A stretch of 64,000 nt of DNA from Podarcis pityusensis. Lineage: Eukaryota. Below the pieces are notes generated by a model. The model was not told where the DNA came from. It saw only the letters and a list, made by a program, of their open reading frames with translations, and made no database searches. A program made the position numbers and the translations under genes. The DNA is taken from NCBI GenBank assembly GCA_964106645.2, contig OZ067043.1; one strand, 5' to 3'. The number at the start of each line of letters is the position of its first letter. Positions within the stretch are counted from its first letter, which is position 1. Positions 12,101-23,691 of the stretch are shown here, one piece after another.

Positions 12101-12622
12101 GTTCTGTGTTTCCTGGTAGAAAGCCTAGGGGCAAAGATGTGACCTTAAGAGTTGTGATATTGCCACTGAACACCAGATACAGGGTTCCAACACATATCTG
12201 ACTTTCTAGTCACATCCAGACCATCTTTTTAAAGCATGTGACTTTCCCCAAAGCATTATGGGAACTGTGATTTACCCCCTGACAGAGCTACAGTTCCCAG
12301 CACTCTTAAACTACAGTTCCCATGACTCTTTGGGGAAAGCCATGTGCGTCAAATGTATGGTGTGGCTGCAACCTAACAGCTCCTGACTCAGGCAATCTTC
12401 TCTATGAACTCACCTGGCGGCCTGCTTGAGACAGAACTGTCAGCTGGCTTTCAACAGTGCCACCACTGTCACTTGGCCCTCCATCCCAGCCATGGGGGCC
12501 ACCCCATTGATCTTCCAGAGTGGTGCAGGTTGGCATATTCTGGTCCTGTTCTCAGCCACGTCTGCCAGCGTAGCAGCAATTGCCAGGAGCAGCAGCAAGG
12601 TGGCTAGGGCTGAATAGCCCAT
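9197..12622 (-). CDS. SELENOP2: Selenoprotein P2 (SelPb), 270 aa, one Sec
   Basis: Coding exons 12622-12414, 11777-11565, 10965-10827, 9448-9197 (813 nt, GT-AG, phases 2/2/0). Signal peptide MGYSALATLLLLLAIAATLA; SelP_N motifs GQVTVVALLKAS-U-QFC, DGDKDDFLIYDRC, CGNCS; His-rich tail. In-frame TGA at 12442-12440 plus a SECIS. Acceptor at 12643-12644 implies an upstream non-coding exon. Confidence 0.93.
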
Positions 12623-12691
12623 CCTGGCCACCTCCCTTCAGCCTAAAGTAGAAGAGAGCAGCTTAAGACCATAAGAACTTCCCTCAGCAGG

Positions 12692-12786
12692 GAAGTCTCG
12701 GGGGGGGGGAAGGGGGAAAATAATGAATATGATATGTTTTGATAATTTGTTATGTTGAAATTGTTAATAAAAACAAAACAAAAAAA
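12692..12786 (+). mobile_element. 5'-truncated L1-type retroposon 3' end
   Basis: G-tract, AATAAA and A-rich tail flanked by a perfect 19-bp TSD AAGAACTTCCCTCAGCAGG (12673-12691 and 12787-12805). Confidence 0.8.
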
Positions 12787-13789
12787 AAGAACTTCCCTCA
12801 GCAGGCCAGATGCAGCCTCTAAGTCTCAGAAGGCTTTCTTCTTAGTAAACATAGATAGGATTGTCCTACATGGGTGCCCTAGTGCCCTGTATTTGAAAGT
12901 GACAGTAATGGATGCTTAAAGACACACTCACATATCAGCTGCCCAGGATTTCAGCTACAGCAAGGGTTGTTGCTATCCTGTGGCCCTCTGGATATTGTTG
13001 CAGTACAACTCCCAGCATGGTCATTAAGAACCTATGAAGAGACCTGCTGGATCAGACCAAAGGCTCATCTAGTCCAGCATCCTGTTCTCACAGTGGCCAT
13101 CCAGATGCCTAGTGCCACAGCACTCCCTCTATTTGTGGTTCCCATTGACTGGTATGCAGAGGTGTCTCGGACAGTAGAGGTATCCATCATATCTAGTGGT
13201 TATGAATAGCTCTGCCCTCCATGAATTTGTCTAATCCTCCTGTCTTGCCAAAGGCAAGGTGGTTCTTTTAAAATGAGATTCAGAAGCAATACAAAATACA
13301 CAAGTGAGCGAGAAGTTTAAAGATTTTATTCTAAAACAGCAAGCAAGGTATACATATACCAAGCAAGCACTTCAATCTGCCACTTGGAAGCCCCCAAGAA
13401 GCGGCGAAGCGACTCCCCCAGGTACCCTCAGTTTGCATGACCCTGTGGCCGATCAGTCCGTGCATGAGCTTCAAACAAACTCTGCCCAAACCGTCCGATA
13501 TTATAGACAACCTGTGTGGCTTCCAAGACTGGCTATGTGCAGATCATCCAATAGCCACCCCCTCCCAAGGCCTCAGTTTCTCAAAACAATGTCCAGCATC
13601 AAAGAAGGCACCCAGAATTATCCTCCACAACTGATGAAGGCAGCTGTGTGTGAGGCTTCACCTCCTCCCAAAGTTCTCAGGACATTAGAGACTGTTCTCA
13701 CAGCATCAAAAAACTTAACAAGAGCAAGGGAGGGGGAAGGAACAGAGGCAGGAAGGGTAACCGTGTCAGATCACTAACTCCTCAATACA

Positions 13790-14180
13790 TTTTGTTTTCA
13801 GATGCATTTCTCATACACCTCCAAAATAGTGGCTATCTCCACATCCTGTGAGAGCAAGTACTTATATAGTACTTCTTTTTGTCTGCCCTGAATTTTCCAG
13901 TATTCAGCTTCATTGGATGGCCTAATATTCTGGAAGACAGAGAGCAACTTCTCTCCATCTACGTTCTCCATGCCATGCATAATTGTAGACATCACGATCA
14001 TGTCCCTACCTTATACACCTTTTTTTCTAATCTGGAAATCCCTAAATGCTGTAACCTTTCCTCATAAGATGGTTGTACCAGCCCTTTGATCATTTTAGTT
14101 GCCCTCGCCTTTTCTGAAACTTTTCCAACTCTACAGAATATATTTTTAAGGGAGGTGACCTGAATGGTACACAGTATGCC
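13790..14180 (-). mobile_element. degraded CR1-like LINE fragment
   Basis: ORF remnant IMHGMENVDGEKLLSV... and CR1-type 3' sequence; recognition only. Confidence 0.55.
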
Positions 14181-14318
14181 CAGTGCTTCCCCCCCCCCCT
14201 AGAAAAATAGGTGCCGGTACCATGAAATTGTTACAGTAAGCGCCACACTTTTTAACAACAACAAAAGGAGGTGCTGGTATTGCGCACCCTTGAGTACCCC
14301 CTGGGGAAAAAAGCACTG
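14181..14318. mobile_element. hAT-like MITE
   Basis: Termini CAGTGCTT...AAGCACTG; perfect 8-bp TSD AGTATGCC (14173-14180, 14319-14326). Confidence 0.85.
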
Positions 14319-15334
14319 AGTATGCCTAGTACTGTGTTGTCCCACCATAATTTGATGAGCAGATAGGGCCAAGGAAGGAGTCTGGCAGCCAAGCACTCTG
14401 GTTTGGCAGACAATGGTGAAGACAACACAATCTGGACTGAAACATGCCTCAAGCAGAAAGTGGGATCTAATAATGAATGCAAGCAAATATCTAGACCAGA
14501 CAAAAACAATCAGGTAAGCCACAGGCCACAAGGCAATTCACATACGTTAAGACACATATAGGCACCCTATTGCTTTTAAAGGATATTGGCTCCATTTTAC
14601 AAGTGGGGCACTATATGAGTCAGATAACCATGGGAGAGAATGCACAAAAAGTTAAACATTAATAAAGAGTGTGCCTCTGAGCATATTCAGAGTAATTCCC
14701 CATGCTGCTTAACAGCTGCAGCTTCCCCTTCCTCCTTGCACTTAGAATTTAGGAATAGTGTGCATCTGAGCATATGTTTTTCACTTGTTACTAAACAACT
14801 GCGGTTTTCCTTTCCCTATACTTTTATAAATACAAAGCAAGGCTGATGATGTGACGGCATGTTTCCTACATAGATGAACGCTCCAGTATAAGTTTTGCTA
14901 GAAATTAAGAACTGTTCAAAAAGCAAAGAGGGGAAAAAGCACTGTCTTCCTCTGTTGTCAGCAAACTAAAAGCAGAGAATTCTCATATGCAGTTTATGCA
15001 ACAAACTGTATTCCTAACCCAGAGCCCCCTGTTTATTGACATTCATCCTGATTTGCTTGCACAAAGCTTACACAGAAGTTATACTTTAGCTAGTCTTTGC
15101 TGAGTATTCATTCTGATTTGTTTGCAGGGTAGTTAGTTATATGACAATTAGCATCCATTCAGATTTGCTTGCAGGGTGTTTATACATCTTCCCATTAGTC
15201 ATTTGCTCATTGCACATGTTTTCAGTGCATTTCCCCATCATTTTCCAAACTGCAAAAAGTCTGGTGTTTTTGTGTGAAGTGGATTTGTTGCCCAGAATCC
15301 TTTAATCTGCTTTAACTGTGCAAATCTAAATTTC

Positions 15335-15581
15335 ATCATCATCATCAATCTCTATTACGGTCCAGAGACCCAACAAATCATTACAAAGCAATACACAATT
15401 CACACAGCCTACCTCCAGGTTAAACAAGCATTTTGTTCAGAATATAGGGATCATTTGTTCTTGCAACCACCAATAAAAACTTTGCCACTGCTAATGTTCT
15501 AGCATTTGTCCGGTCTTCCAATAGGAACCTGACATAGTGAGCCTCTGATTTTCCTGGGAATGGTACCAGCAAGGGTAGTAT
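15335..15581 (-). mobile_element. 5'-truncated non-LTR retrotransposon (RTEX-like) 3' end
   Basis: (TGA)n tail after GACCGTAATAGA; coding remnant LILPLL...VRFLLEDR...LAVAKFL; perfect 14-bp TSD CAAATCTAAATTTC (15321-15334, 15582-15595). Confidence 0.75.
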
Positions 15582-17247
15582 CAAATCTAAATTTCCAGCA
15601 TGTATTTGCATCCCTTCTGCAAGATAGTGAACGTCCGGAAGCACTGTTAGTTTCTCCCCCACATTTTTTTACAGCTCTGGCTGCATTCATATCTAATGCT
15701 AAGCAAAGCCATAGTTTAGTGTGAATTGGCTACTAGGGAGAAGATTACAGCCACTCCTCTGTGGCCTCTTTAGCTCAGTGGGGTGCAGCACCAAAGCCAA
15801 GGGTGGCTTAGTGAGTTGTCTGAACTTGGGATACTGATTAAGCTCTTGCCTCCTTAACAATTATCTACAGGACAGCCAGGATTTGTTACTGGCTGCATAT
15901 TGCAGCTTAGCTACCCAACTGAGCTAAAAAGCCTGGGGAGGAACAAAACAGGTGAAAGCTCCTCTCTGGGAGCCAGCCTATTTTGCACAGTCCTGGTGAG
16001 CCACACACATTAATCACATGGATGAAATCTCAGCAAGAGTCTTGTTGCTTTCCAACACACTGGTTAGAAAAGGACACACACCCAAGCCTTGTTAAACTTG
16101 TAAAAACAAGCCACAGAAACCCAGCATGATTCAGCCACACCACCCTACTCTCTCAATAAAAATAGTTATGGTATTTAGAAAGCCCTTGTTGATCCCAGAA
16201 AGTGGCAAAACAGGGAAGGCAATGCCTTTGGTTGGGCCAAATCTTGGCAGGATGTTCTCCTCCCCTAATTGTCCTCTGGAACAGGGTCCAAGCTTTTGAG
16301 TCCACCATCAGAAGCAGTGGCGCTTGCATTCTAAAGCTGGTCACAACGTCCCCGTCATCCCCTGCTTGCCATCACACAGGTTGTGTGCAATTCCCTCCCA
16401 TATACTCCTCACCTTCCCACATCCAAGAAAAACAGCCTTGGGGTGGTGGTAGTAGATTAGGAACAACTCAGGAGATCAGATCATGCTTATCTTGGCAAGA
16501 TTGAAAACCTCTCACAGTCTCTCCCACAAAAGGTGGTTCAGTCAAAGGTGATTTGACACCTTGCCAAGGTTGGGCCTCTCAGGAATCCACCAAGACTTTG
16601 TTCTAGGAAGCAGTAGCACAACTTTGCCTTCCTTGTTCAGAACCTTTCGGCTCTAACTTCATTGTGATAAATATTTCTCATGAGCCTCCCCTCCACAAAA
16701 CACCAGCTATACTGACCAACTGCAGAAACTGAACTTAATAGACATTGACACCCCCCTTCCCAACAAGTCTGCACCAAGAATTCCCACCAGGTGATACTCT
16801 GCCTTTTCTCAGGTGACTCCAGCTGTTGTTCTACTCCAATCTATGACAGTCTTACTGTAGCTCTGTTCTCTCAGATCTCTTATCCCCAGGCTGGCTGTGG
16901 CATACTTTATCTCTCATTCAAGGTCTCTCCACCCAGAAGGGGCTGGGAGAGAGGAGGTGCTTGGCTGGGGGCTAGATACACAGATGTCCTTGAAGAATTT
17001 CAGAGCAGCATGAATTGCGTTCACCACTGCCATACACCCAGCGGTACTTGTTTTTCATTCAGAGACATCACATTCAGGAACTGAAGAAATACCATGCAGT
17101 GCCAGGCCAGGAACACTGGAAAGCATTATGCTCTTGGAAGATGACAGGACTGCATCCCGGCAGTTTTCAGTTACATTGAGGAATACATTACTGGTGTGAG
17201 GAGATGGGCCGCCTTGCTATAAAGCAAAAGGAAGCAATTGTTACAGG

Positions 17248-17383
17248 CAGTGCTATTTTTCTAGAAAAAGAAGTGCCGGAACTCACCATGAATGCCTCCA
17301 TTGTTCTCTTATCATGGCAACGGTGTCCGCCTGAAAGATACTGGAACTGAGTTCCGGTGAGTTCTGGATAAAAAGAAGCTCTG
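17248..17383. mobile_element. hAT-like MITE (related to 14181-14318)
   Basis: CAGTGCT...AGCTCTG termini; TSD GTTACAGG/GTTATAGG (7 of 8). Confidence 0.7.
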
Positions 17384-17502
17384 GTTATAGGCAACAGATT
17401 CCATAAGAGACAAACTGTACCCACTCAACTTGCATTATTGTGATGGGGTGGTATATGTTGACTTTTTGCTTCAGATGAAAAATTGTTTTAAGATTAGTAG
17501 GT

Positions 17503-17879
17503 AAAGATAAACGGTAAAGGGCTGCTGGATGGTTAAGTCCAGTCAAAGGCAACTATGGGGTTGTGGTGCTCATCTCACTTTCAGGCCAAGGGAACTGGCG
17601 TTTGTCCACAGACAACTTTCCGAGTCATTTAACAGCATGACTAAACTGCTTCTGGTGCAACACGACACTGTGATGAAAGCCAGAGCGCACGGAAACATTG
17701 TTTACCTTCCCATTGCAGTGGTACCTATTTATCTATTTGCACTGGTGTGATTTGAACTGCTAGGTTGGCAGAAGCTGGGACAGAGCAATGGGACCTCACC
17801 CCATTGAGCAGATTCAAACTGCCGACCTTCAAATTGGCAAGAGGCTCAGTGGTTTAGACCACAGTGCCACCCGCGTCCC
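17503..17879 (-). mobile_element. Sauria SINE
   Basis: Minus strand begins GGGACGCGGGTGGCACTGTGGTCTAAACCACTGAGCCTC (tRNA-derived head) and ends in TTTACC-type tail repeats; possible TSD TAGTAGG. Confidence 0.85.
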
Positions 17880-17989
17880 ACTAGTAGGACTGGCACAGCA
17901 TGATGAGATATCCATGAGTATATGAAAAAAACAGTTCCTTTGAGTTTCCAATTCAGGCATGAACTCCCTAATATTCCTACTCTAAAGTA

Positions 17990-18328
17990 CAGTGGTGCCT
18001 CGCAAGACGAAATTAATCCGTTCCGCGAGTGTCTTCGTCTAGCGGTTTTTTCGTCTTGCGAAGCAACCCTATTAGTGGCTTAGCAGATTAGCACTATTAG
18101 CGGTTTAGCGGCTATTAAAGGCTTATCGGCTTATCGGCTTAGCTGCTAAAAGGCTATTAGCGGCTTAGTGGCTTAGAAATGGGGGGGGGGAGCGAAAAAA
18201 AAATCTCAAGACTCGCAAGACATTTTCGTCTTGCGAAGCAAGCCCATAGGGAAATTCGTCCTGCGAAGCAACTCAAAAACGGAAAACCCTTTCGTCTAGC
18301 GGGTTTTCCGTCTTGCGGGGCACCACTG
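17990..18328. mobile_element. Tc1/mariner (Tigger-like) MITE family A
   Basis: TA TSD; TIR CAGTGGTGCCTCGCAAGACG/CGTCTTGCGGGGCACCACTG; internal TTAGCGGC microrepeats; second copy at 33901-34163. Confidence 0.9.
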
Positions 18329-19443
18329 TATATGAGAGGACAGATTTGACAATGAGCAGTCAACTATGGGATTGGAGGAAATTTAACTGAATGTGAACTG
18401 ACATGAGAGAACCTGGGTGGAAAACTGGTTTTCTGGGATAATAAAAGTGAATTGATTGAGTGATGTGAGGTACAAGTGAAATAGAGTTCCTCTGAACATG
18501 TGCAGAACACCTCTGCCTTGCAAGAGAGAAGCTGTCATGTATAATGCATTTTGAAACAGGATTTCCTAAGCAGATTATATGGCTTCCAGGCTGCCCCTTA
18601 AAGCCCTGTACTCATGTTACCCCAACAACATTGGAAGTGCTGCAGTGCTGCTCCTTCTTGCATTGTTGGGGTAACAGTGAGAAGCCCAGACCATGAGTAA
18701 CAAAGGCCACATCACAGCTTCTTCCTGTGCCAATGCTAACCATTAAGATACACTCTTGTACCACGCAGGAGTGGTGCTGCTGAAGATCCCATACTAGCAG
18801 AGTAACATAAGAACCTAGAAATTATGTCCTGTCCCCATTTTCTTGCCAGGTTTCTGTACAACTAGTACCTACAGGCCATTCCCAATCAACCCCCGCCCCC
18901 AAGTATTGGCCTTCTCCAAATCTATACCTTTCCAGCAGTACACACGCACTCTTTTCCCTCACAATAGTCCCCACCCCAATTCAGAAGCCCTGAAGGGAGA
19001 GAAAAGTATTTCCCAAGATCTGATAAAGACACATGCAAACCTGCTGTACCTGGAACTGGGAGTAGAGAGTGCAGCTGAGTGGGACACAGTCGAGGGCAGC
19101 CTGAGGAAGTCCCATCCACCTTGGATCTGCAATTCTCCGAGAGGCTAGGGTGATTTCTGAGGTTTCCAGGAACTCTTCTCGTTGTGAAACTTTTGTTGGT
19201 GAGCTGGGAGTTTGTTTTGACCCTGGGTGCTGAAAGGGAGGGTGTTGTCAGAAGGAAAATGCATTGATATGGATTTAAATATAGTGGTAACTTTCTATTA
19301 ATGTAACATTTTTATGTGTATTTTTGTAATATTTTGTTTTGTCTGCTGTTGCAGTTTCAGCTTATTGTAAACTGTTTAAGAGATATTTTAAATAAGCAGC
19401 ACAAAAATTAAATAATCAGTCATCATCATCAACATCATAAAGT

Positions 19444-19678
19444 AGTGGTACCTCAGGTTAAGTACTTAATTCGTTCTGGAGGTCTGTACTTAACTTGAAA
19501 CTGTTCTTAACTGTTCTTAACCTGAAGCACCACTTCAGGCTAATGGGGCCTCCTGCTGCCGCCGCACCCCAGAGCACGATTTCTGTTCTCAACCTGAAGC
19601 AAAGTTCTTAACCTGAGGTAATATTTCTGGGTTAGCGGAGTCTGTAACTTGAAGCGTATGTAACCCAAGGTACCACTT
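19444..19678. mobile_element. Tc1/mariner MITE family B
   Basis: AGTGGTACCTCAGGTTAAGTAC...AGGTACCACT; near-identical to the split copy at 28848-30232. Confidence 0.85.
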
Positions 19679-20039
19679 TATGCCACTTCCTTGTGCCTTT
19701 CCACTGAAATCTAAAACTGTTACGAGTGTGTGAAAAGGGGAGGTTCGATCTAAAGGCCTGTTCTTAAAAATACTTTCAAGATTGAATTGTATAGCTCCTC
19801 CTCACATAAAAAATAAAAATAACAGCTAGTCTTCAAGCGCTGTAAATACTTAACAAGGCTGCCCACCCAGTGGTGGCGATATGAAAGCAACATATTTTAA
19901 GAACATTCCTTGGGAGTTTTAAAAATAAAATAATTGTAGCACAAAACAGTGTGATCAACAAAGGTAAAATAAACGCTCTTGGTTGTTGTTGTTGAGGTTT
20001 TTTTTTGGGGGGGGGGGAATGGCATTGTAGGAAAGGAGA

Positions 20040-20300
20040 TTGCGGCTCCGGTATACGCAGCCCATTGAACGGCTGATAAGCGTAGCAATTGCCTTTGCTT
20101 AGGACCTGCGAGCCGGTGGAAGATGTTTGCGTAGCCCCACGTGCGCCCTGGAGACACTCGCCTTCCGCTTCCGACCGCGTGTTGCGGAGCCCCTCCTTGC
20201 GGCAGATTCAAGTCAGCGGCGGGAGGAGGAGGAGTTCCGGCGCCTGCCTGCCTGCCTGCTACGTGAAAGTCACTTTCGCATGAGGAATCAAAGACACACG
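20040..20300 (+). promoter_or_regulatory. CpG-rich HPDL promoter / likely non-coding first exon
   Basis: Local CpG cluster about 500-700 bp upstream of the HPDL ATG; ETS-like CTTCCG repeats at about 20160-20175. Confidence 0.6.
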
Positions 20301-20559
20301 GCAGATAAGCTTTCACTCAGAGGCCTGAGGCAAGATCTAAAGGGGAAAGAGAGGGAAAAGATAGACTCTGCAGCTAGGCAGAGAAACGTGCAGATTTCTG
20401 GGGGAGGGGCAGATTTCCCCCCCCCCCAGACCTGGATTCCTTTGATTTTTCAGGCACACGTCAGCCGAAGGGAGGTGGCACAGAGCTGCCTCCTCCTCCT
20501 CCTGCCCCCCCTACAAAACCTGGAGGCACTAACAGAACAGGCCCCTGTTCCCATCCAGG

Positions 20560-20678
20560 GAAGGGACCACTAGGGTCATCTAGCCCAACCCCCTCTGTAA
20601 TGCAGGGAACTTTTGCCTAACCTGGGACTCGAACTCATGAGCCTGTGATTAAGAGTCTTGTGCTCTACCGACTGAGCT
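20560..20678 (-). mobile_element. tRNA-Lys(CTT)-derived SINE with CR1-like tail
   Basis: Minus strand AGCTCAGTCGGTAGAGCACAAGACTCTTAATCACAGGCTCATGAGTTCGAGTCCC followed by ...CTAGATGACCCTAGTGGTCCCTTCC; acceptor stem broken, so not a functional tRNA. Confidence 0.75.
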
Positions 20679-20773
20679 TCCCCACCCCACAACAACTGAG
20701 CTGGCTTTCTTTTGTTTCTGTAGGTCTAGCAGCAAAAGTTGTGTTACCATTGACCACCCTTTCAAACTGCATA

Positions 20774-21976
20774 ATGCCTGGTCTTCTGAACCGGATGTGC
20801 CACATTGGGTTCCACGTCCCTGAGGGGCAACAGCTGGCCAGCAACTTGGTGCGCCAGTTTGGATTCGAGCTGTTTGCTGCACGGGTGGCAGAATGGAGCA
20901 GGCAGCTGGCCTTCCGGAGAGGGGATGCCATTTTTCTCGTCAATGAAAGGCTGAAGCCTGCCAAGAGAGACGCTCCACCTGTGCCATCTTCAGGCTGCCG
21001 CAAGGATAAAGGAATTCTGTACGACGTGGACCTAGAATATGCCGTCAGTACAGCCTCCAACATTTGCTTTGAGGCAGAAGATGTACCTGGCATCTCCCAA
21101 AGCCTACAGGAACGAGGATGCCAGATCCTCATCCCTCCCACAGCTGTGGAAGATGAAAATGGCCACGTCACTTATTCAGTAGTGGGATCCATCATAGGCA
21201 ACGTCAGCCACACACTACTTGACAGATCTCGGTACAGCGGACCGTTCCTGCCTGGTTTCCACATGGTGGAGGGTGCTCCCAAGGTCCAGGTGGGTGGCCA
21301 GGTGACACATTTTGACCATATCACCTATGCTTGCCCCCAAGGTAGCTCGCAAGCTGTGCTGGACTGGTACAAGAACTGTTTGGGATTCCAGCGTTTCCCC
21401 ATCCACCAGCAAGACAATGGTACTGATGGCTATACAATCCAGGGTGCTGGTATGGGTCTTCGTCTTACTGCCATGCAGTCCAATGGAAGCGATCCGACTC
21501 TGCTTCGCAATGACTGTAAAATTATTCTAGCTGAGTCTCTGTCAGATCAAAAGAAGAACCAGGTGGATACTTTCTTAGAGCAGCACGGTGGATCGGGCAT
21601 CCAACACGTGGCACTCTACACCACAGGTATTATAGGAGCCGCTGCAGCCATGGCCAGATCTGGCGCAAACTTTTTCAAGCCCCCCTTATCATACTACAGT
21701 GAGAAAAGGAAGGTGGAGGAGATAAGGCAAGCTGGGCAAAATCTTCAGCTCCTGAAGGACCATGGCATCCTTCTGGACGCTGGCGTAGGAGGCAGCGGTA
21801 GCTCTGGAGGCCTTTGTGAGAAGCAATACCTCATGCAGATCTTCACAAAGCCTCTCTTTACAGAGGATACTTTCTTCCTGGAGCTTATAGAGCGATGTGG
21901 GGCCACAGGTTTTGGCGAGGGAAACATTCGTGCTCTCTGGCAGTCTGTACAAAACTATATGGACCAGCGAGTTTGA
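20774..21976 (+). CDS. HPDL: 4-hydroxyphenylpyruvate dioxygenase-like protein, 400 aa, single coding exon
   Basis: Starts MPGLLNRMCHIGFHV; VOC/HPPD-family metal-ligand motifs FDHITY, IQHVALY, FFLELIER and GFGEGNIRALW; synteny with MUTYH. Acceptor TTTGTTTCTGTAG at 20723 precedes the ATG. Confidence 0.95.
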   Translation: MPGLLNRMCHIGFHVPEGQQLASNLVRQFGFELFAARVAEWSRQLAFRRGDAIFLVNERLKPAKRDAPPVPSSGCRKDKGILYDVDLEYAVSTASNICFEAEDVPGISQSLQERGCQILIPPTAVEDENGHVTYSVVGSIIGNVSHTLLDRSRYSGPFLPGFHMVEGAPKVQVGGQVTHFDHITYACPQGSSQAVLDWYKNCLGFQRFPIHQQDNGTDGYTIQGAGMGLRLTAMQSNGSDPTLLRNDCKIILAESLSDQKKNQVDTFLEQHGGSGIQHVALYTTGIIGAAAAMARSGANFFKPPLSYYSEKRKVEEIRQAGQNLQLLKDHGILLDAGVGGSGSSGGLCEKQYLMQIFTKPLFTEDTFFLELIERCGATGFGEGNIRALWQSVQNYMDQRV

Positions 21977-22941
21977 AGAATGCGCACCAACACCCCGTTA
22001 CACATTCTTGTGCTCAGTGTATATGTGAACCTGATGGTGCGAGTTCTGCAAACCTGCTCCTAAGGGGTTGGTTTCCCTGTTATATCAATGACATAAGGAG
22101 TTCTAGATCATGTGCATACTTCCTAAACTGGCTCTGCACCTCCACCAGAGTTGCTTTCACTGGTGTAAAAAGTATCCATGTGATCTGGATGACCCACCTA
22201 ATCAGAACTTTTTACACATTGCTGACCTATTTTGAGTTGGGAGCTCTAACCACAGCAAAGAAACATTGTGATGGCAGCTGCATCTTGGCTGCAAACAAGT
22301 GTGGTCAATACTCCTAGAACAGGGCTTCTCTATTCTGCATCTTTATCAACAAGCTTCACTGCTGGAACAAGCGAGACAAACAGAAAGCATAGAAATCTGG
22401 CTCTTTGTAGATCTTTGTAGATCCTTGTAGATCTGGGGCTCCAGAGGCAAAGACTAAGAAACATGGAAAGGGGTAGTATCAGGCTGATGCTTGCCCAACA
22501 TTGTCCCAGAACAAGAAATGGTGTTCTTCAATATATGAAATCCATCTTCTTCAGTACAAAACTATGTGCTGAAGCTCTTTTAAAAAACTGTTACTTGAAT
22601 GGTTTCTGCCTCAAGTATATTTGTGATGAGATCACAGCAAAACATTAATATGTTTATTAACAACAATTTAAATTATAAGATTTATTTATAACTTACTATT
22701 TAAATTATAACACTGAAGTATAATGTTCTTTTAAGTGTTGGGTATAATAGCATTTTTTTTTGTTTTAGCTCTAGTTGGTAATATGTTTTACTATTTCAAT
22801 TTGGCCTGCTAGTCAGCTGAAGAACAGCTTATTTCTTTAGTAAACTTGCTTAATTTTTGTTACAATTGTGTTAAGTTTTAAACATCTTTCAATTGTCAGT
22901 CTTGTTTGGATATTTATTTGGGCATGTGGAATACTTATAGT

Positions 22942-22947
22942 AATAAA
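22942..22947 (+). terminator. candidate HPDL poly(A) signal AATAAA
   Basis: AATAAA at the end of an AT-rich 3' UTR-like stretch; alternative ATTAAA near 23021. Confidence 0.4.
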
Positions 22948-23685
22948 GATATATGTGTTTAAGTCAGGGTTGATCTTTAAAAAAAAAATATCAGTTGAGA
23001 CTATTTTTTATTATATTTGCATTAAAAACACAATTGCGTTAACTTTAAATATTTCTTTGTAGTTCTGTAATAGAACACATTGTTACATGCTTCTCTGTAT
23101 TAATTCCCTTCTGAGTTTAGAATATTTAGAATCTGATTCTTATCAACATTATGCAACGAACAAGGTCTTATTTATGTGTTTGCTCACTGTGTGGCTGAGC
23201 TTTTATGAACTTGCTGTTTCTTCATCTTGGGGAACAGATACTGCTACTTAGCTGTACTTTACAAAAAGGACATGCCTAATAGCATATTTCCACATTGCTT
23301 ATGGCAGGGTAGTTACCCTTTTGATAAATGTTACCAATGTGCCCCTTTTTGTCGCAGGGGAGCAATGGGGAGATTATAGAGTAGTCATTTATTGTGCTTT
23401 TTTCACATGTGAAATGGCAAATACTAGAAATAGTGGGAAAAGAACTGAAAACTCCACAATATTCCACCTTTGTATTAACAGATTTCTGAATGCTTGCTTT
23501 TAAAGGGACTTTCTTGGTTCCTTGCCAGTGACATGGCTGTGCAGGTATCAACATGCTAGTACAATATTTAAGGTTGTGTGTGTTTGCACGCGTGCCAATT
23601 TTCAACGCTACAGTGTGAATAATACAATCAGTTAAGAAGAAGAAAGCATAACTAAATAACCGCCACAGTAAAAATTCATTAAAAT

Positions 23686-23691
23686 TTTATT
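23686..23691 (-). terminator. candidate MUTYH poly(A) signal AATAAA
   Basis: TTTATT on plus strand, about 760 nt 3' of the MUTYH stop. Confidence 0.45.

Noticed and set aside
18060-18175. Short TTAGCGGC-type repeats, superficially array-like
   Set aside because: Internal microrepeats of a mariner MITE in a eukaryotic genome; no unique spacers, so not CRISPR
20615-20678. tRNA-Lys(CTT)-like sequence on the minus strand
   Set aside because: Acceptor stem disrupted and followed by a CR1-like tail; it is a SINE head, not a tRNA gene
20665-21171. 168-aa antisense ORF in HPDL (likewise 44469-44927 in TOE1)
   Set aside because: Antisense shadow of a real coding exon; no independent evidence
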